DNA of 63,193 nt, the filler included, from Sphacelaria rigidula (lineage: Eukaryota), in assembly GCA_964200075.2 (NCBI GenBank). It is 4 parts of 4 records of this genome, joined end to end, with 100 filler letters (N's around TTAATTAATTAA, not from the genome) between each part and the next. Parts side by side here need not be neighbours in the genome. Positions count along the whole stretch, not along the records: positions 47,480 to 63,193 come from CAXNAA020001627.1; 3 more parts are not named here. One strand, given 5' to 3'. The notes beneath the pieces are model-generated. The model was not told the origin of the DNA. It did no database searches and saw only the letters and a program-made list of their open reading frames with translations. A program made the translations under genes and the position numbers. Shown piece by piece: positions 60,204 through 63,193 of the stretch. The stretch's first letter is position 1. Every line of letters begins with the position of its first letter.

Positions 60204-62139
60204 GTGAGTCTGTATGTTTTATTTGGTGTGTGAACTCGGGTTTAAGAGTTAGACCTAATGTTCGGAAGTAATGGAGATTTTAGAGTAATCATGTTGCAGA
60301 GCGTTTGGCTTTGTTGTCATTCCAACTCGCTTTTCTGTGCGTCTTGGTGTGTGCAGTTCTGCCTTCGAAACAACGCGGGAATAACTCGAAGTAAAATCTG
60401 CGTATATTTTACCCAACGTTGCTGGCTGAAAGAATGTCATGACGACATAACACCTGCCTTTTTATTCCAACAGTCAACTATTTTGGGACTCATCTTCAGT
60501 AACACTGGGTTCATATACGGTGTGAAGAAGTGATGAAAGTCTGGAAGCGACCTGCCCCATCACGGCGAGGCCATCTCTATCGACCACATGGAATAATGCC
60601 ACTGCCGAGCTTGTGTCTCTACCCTGTCCCTGGCCCACATGAAAGTCTTCGAAGCGAAGGAAAGCCTCATTTGAGTATATCTTTCCCGTTTTTCATCATT
60701 TACTTGCATTTTATATAGGCTCGGGGCATATGGGGTCACCAATCCAAAAGACGCGGTCGCGGAGTGAGTGTGACTTTTCCTACCCGTATGGTGTGTGTGT
60801 GTACGTAGTAGCTTCTCACTCGGTGAAAGGGTACGAGGTGTGCGGAGCCGTGACGTGGACTTGAACAGGACGGACTTTGCAAGCCGGTTTGGGTTGAGGT
60901 ACAGAACTGACAGGGGGGAGGCACCCACGGGGATACCTCCCGAGACGGGAGAATGACGATCCCAGACTGGGGATTGGAGGATGACAGTCCCAGGGTGACA
61001 GACCCGGGAAGACGGTTCGGGTTGACGGGCCCAGGTTTATTAGTTGGCGGATCGGGTCATACAGAGGTTATGAGTAACAATTCTATCGTCAAATACAGGA
61101 ATTACCTCAACACAGGTGTTTGATGGAATTACGATAAAAGTGCACCCTCCTGTATATGCGGTCATCATAACAAGGCAACTAAACCTTGCAACGCCGGGGA
61201 AAGAGACGCGGAGCCAGAGGCATGAGTTCTGTGTATCCCCATGCTGAGGCGGTATAGCATGCAGTGAGGTCGGATGTAGTCGACGGGAACGATCAAGCTG
61301 TGTATGGGCAGCTGATCATTGAGTGGAGAATTGCCCAGAGTGTGAGGTTGTATGCAGCAGCAGCTGCTCCTGCGTGCGAGAGGGGTACTGTACTGTATGT
61401 GCGCCCCAACGCCTATGCCCTCCGAAGATAATTTGCCACTAGAACAAGAAGGTGGATCGCGGCCTACCCCGTCCACCAAAATCTGTGTTGCAAGGTGAGG
61501 AGACAAAAATATTACCCAAGGCCACAAGTGGCGAGTGGCCCGCCGGTCGCCACATCGTGTTGGGAGCTCTCTACGGCGAACCATACTGCTCGATACATCT
61601 GTACATTACCTGATGCGCATCTCGCCCGAATCACAGTTTGCACCTTCGTCTGGAGATGAAATGGATATAAATTCGGTCTTCCTCATAACCCTGCGGTTAC
61701 ATGAGTATGTTTTCAGTAACATGAAGCCATCGTTTCGTGCAGGTGCCGGACACGTCACTCTTGACCAGTGGACACCGAGCCCCCCGCAGATGGACTGATG
61801 GATGGGTTGCACTCTCCCACATTCAGGGTTCAAAACCGCTCTTTTCTCGCTACATAAAACGCTTTTTTTCACGAACGGGAAACCCCTGACCAATTATCAC
61901 GCTGCAGTCAATTGCCTGCAGAGTTGGTGTGTATGTGTGCTGTATGTCTTCACTGGATACAACGGCAACAGACGGGAGAAGTGTGTCATCGCTCTCAACT
62001 GAACACAATTTACTGCATGCTACTGAAGTCTCTTCCTAGTGCTGAATAAGAACACTACAGTGTCAGGCTATGCGCCCAGCACATGAGGCGGGGTCAGGCA
62101 GGAGGCGTAGACCACGAGCAAAATATGAAACAACTTTTT

Positions 62140-63193
62140 TGTATCAATGTAATCTATGGTTCATTGCCCATGACCGAAGTGAGTTGTGGGGTTGGACGGT
62201 GAAGTAGTCGAATGTAGTCCACCCGAACCGGAAAAATGTGCTCATCTGGATGACCGCGATTGGTCGAAATGGGCATCTCGGAACTTTCAAACACACATGG
62301 GTGACTTCCTGGCTCCTCTGCACACATGACCCCCTCCCCCCTCCCCCTCGAAAACCGCACACTCCGGCCACTGGAAACCCCCGTATGTCTCTGGACTGTC
62401 GGCGTGTGAAACAGTTCCAAGGCCACGCTCACTGTTTGAGGGTTGACCCTTGGACCTCGATGCGAGTATGTTACCTGGATCACCCATCTTTCAAAGGAAC
62501 ACTGAAGCCAATTCGGCAGGTGACTCATCCTCGCGGTCAAGGGTTTAACTGGCCCTCATTCGCTCTCTTGTCTTTTGGCTAAGGCAGAACGTTCCTGTGT
62601 TTTCACCTTTTTACTGAACGGGTTCAATAGCCTTCTCGTTCGGGTGGCCCACTTCCATGAGGGTCACACTCCTTCAGTCATTTGTCAACATTCTGGTTGC
62701 GCCTTGACGTGCTCCCGGGCATGAATTTGAACGAAGAAAATACTCACGGGCTCACCCATCAAACCACACGCTACTCTTGAACTTTGCATGTGCCTGCGTA
62801 CTTGGCACCTTGTTCCCAACGCGCTGTCCCCACACAGAGCAAAAGCACCCAACAGTTGAAAAACACATGGATGTGATCCATACAAGAATCTCTTCTTCAC
62901 CTCACGTCGTGTGAATCTGCCAGTTGATGAATTTGGCCTGGCGGGTCCCGAAAATCAAACTCATGTCACAACGCAGATGCGCGGCCGGAATATTGCTTGC
63001 CCTGACACGCTACAGCTTCGATCGCTGTCGGTCAGGCCAACGGCGCCTCTCAACCAGCTCCACCCAGCTCCCACGTTGCATTCTATGACGATGACCTGTC
63101 ATGATACCATCACCTTCGTGAGCCTTCCGGCTGGTGTCGACCAGAGGGTGCGCCTCGAAACAGGAGGAAATATCAACAAACGCAAGAAGCGCA
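62140..63193 (-). mobile_element. Possible decayed KDZ (Kyakuja-Dileera-Zisupton) transposase fragment in an importin intron
   Basis: Frameshifted minus-strand fragments in KDZ order: SLIFGTRQAKF...GE.RFLY, then FFVQIHAREH...C, then VGHPNEKAIE. Confidence 0.35.

Overview
Eukaryotic, intron- and repeat-rich DNA, most likely from a brown alga (Phaeophyceae). This is inferred from kb-long introns between short exons, TTAGGG-type repeats and the TE types present. The window is not one locus. It is four unrelated contigs (1-15728, 15829-31555, 31656-47379, 47480-63193; 15728/15727/15724/15714 bp, i.e. size-sorted) joined by 100-nt N spacers that contain the six-frame-stop linker TTAATTAATTAA. Each contig carries part of one spliced gene that I reconstructed by hand from splice sites and exon phases. 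(1) A minus-strand, probably secreted Cys-rich protein of unknown function. (2) A plus-strand carotenoid cleavage dioxygenase. (3) A minus-strand NAGPA/'uncovering enzyme'-like phosphodiester glycosidase with an N-terminal CHB_HEX_C/Fn3-associated domain, degenerate catalytic motifs and a candidate 7-nt micro-exon. (4) A plus-strand importin alpha with a GC-AG intron. The rest is TE-derived: the 3' end of a chromodomain Ty3/gypsy element with its LTR, decayed LINEs, a tRNA-derived SINE, several MITE families (two carrying telomeric CCCTAA repeats), a ~68-bp mobile module with long direct repeats, and a possible KDZ/Zisupton remnant. Most ORFs in the supplied track are spurious. No CRISPR array, rRNA or intact tRNA was seen.
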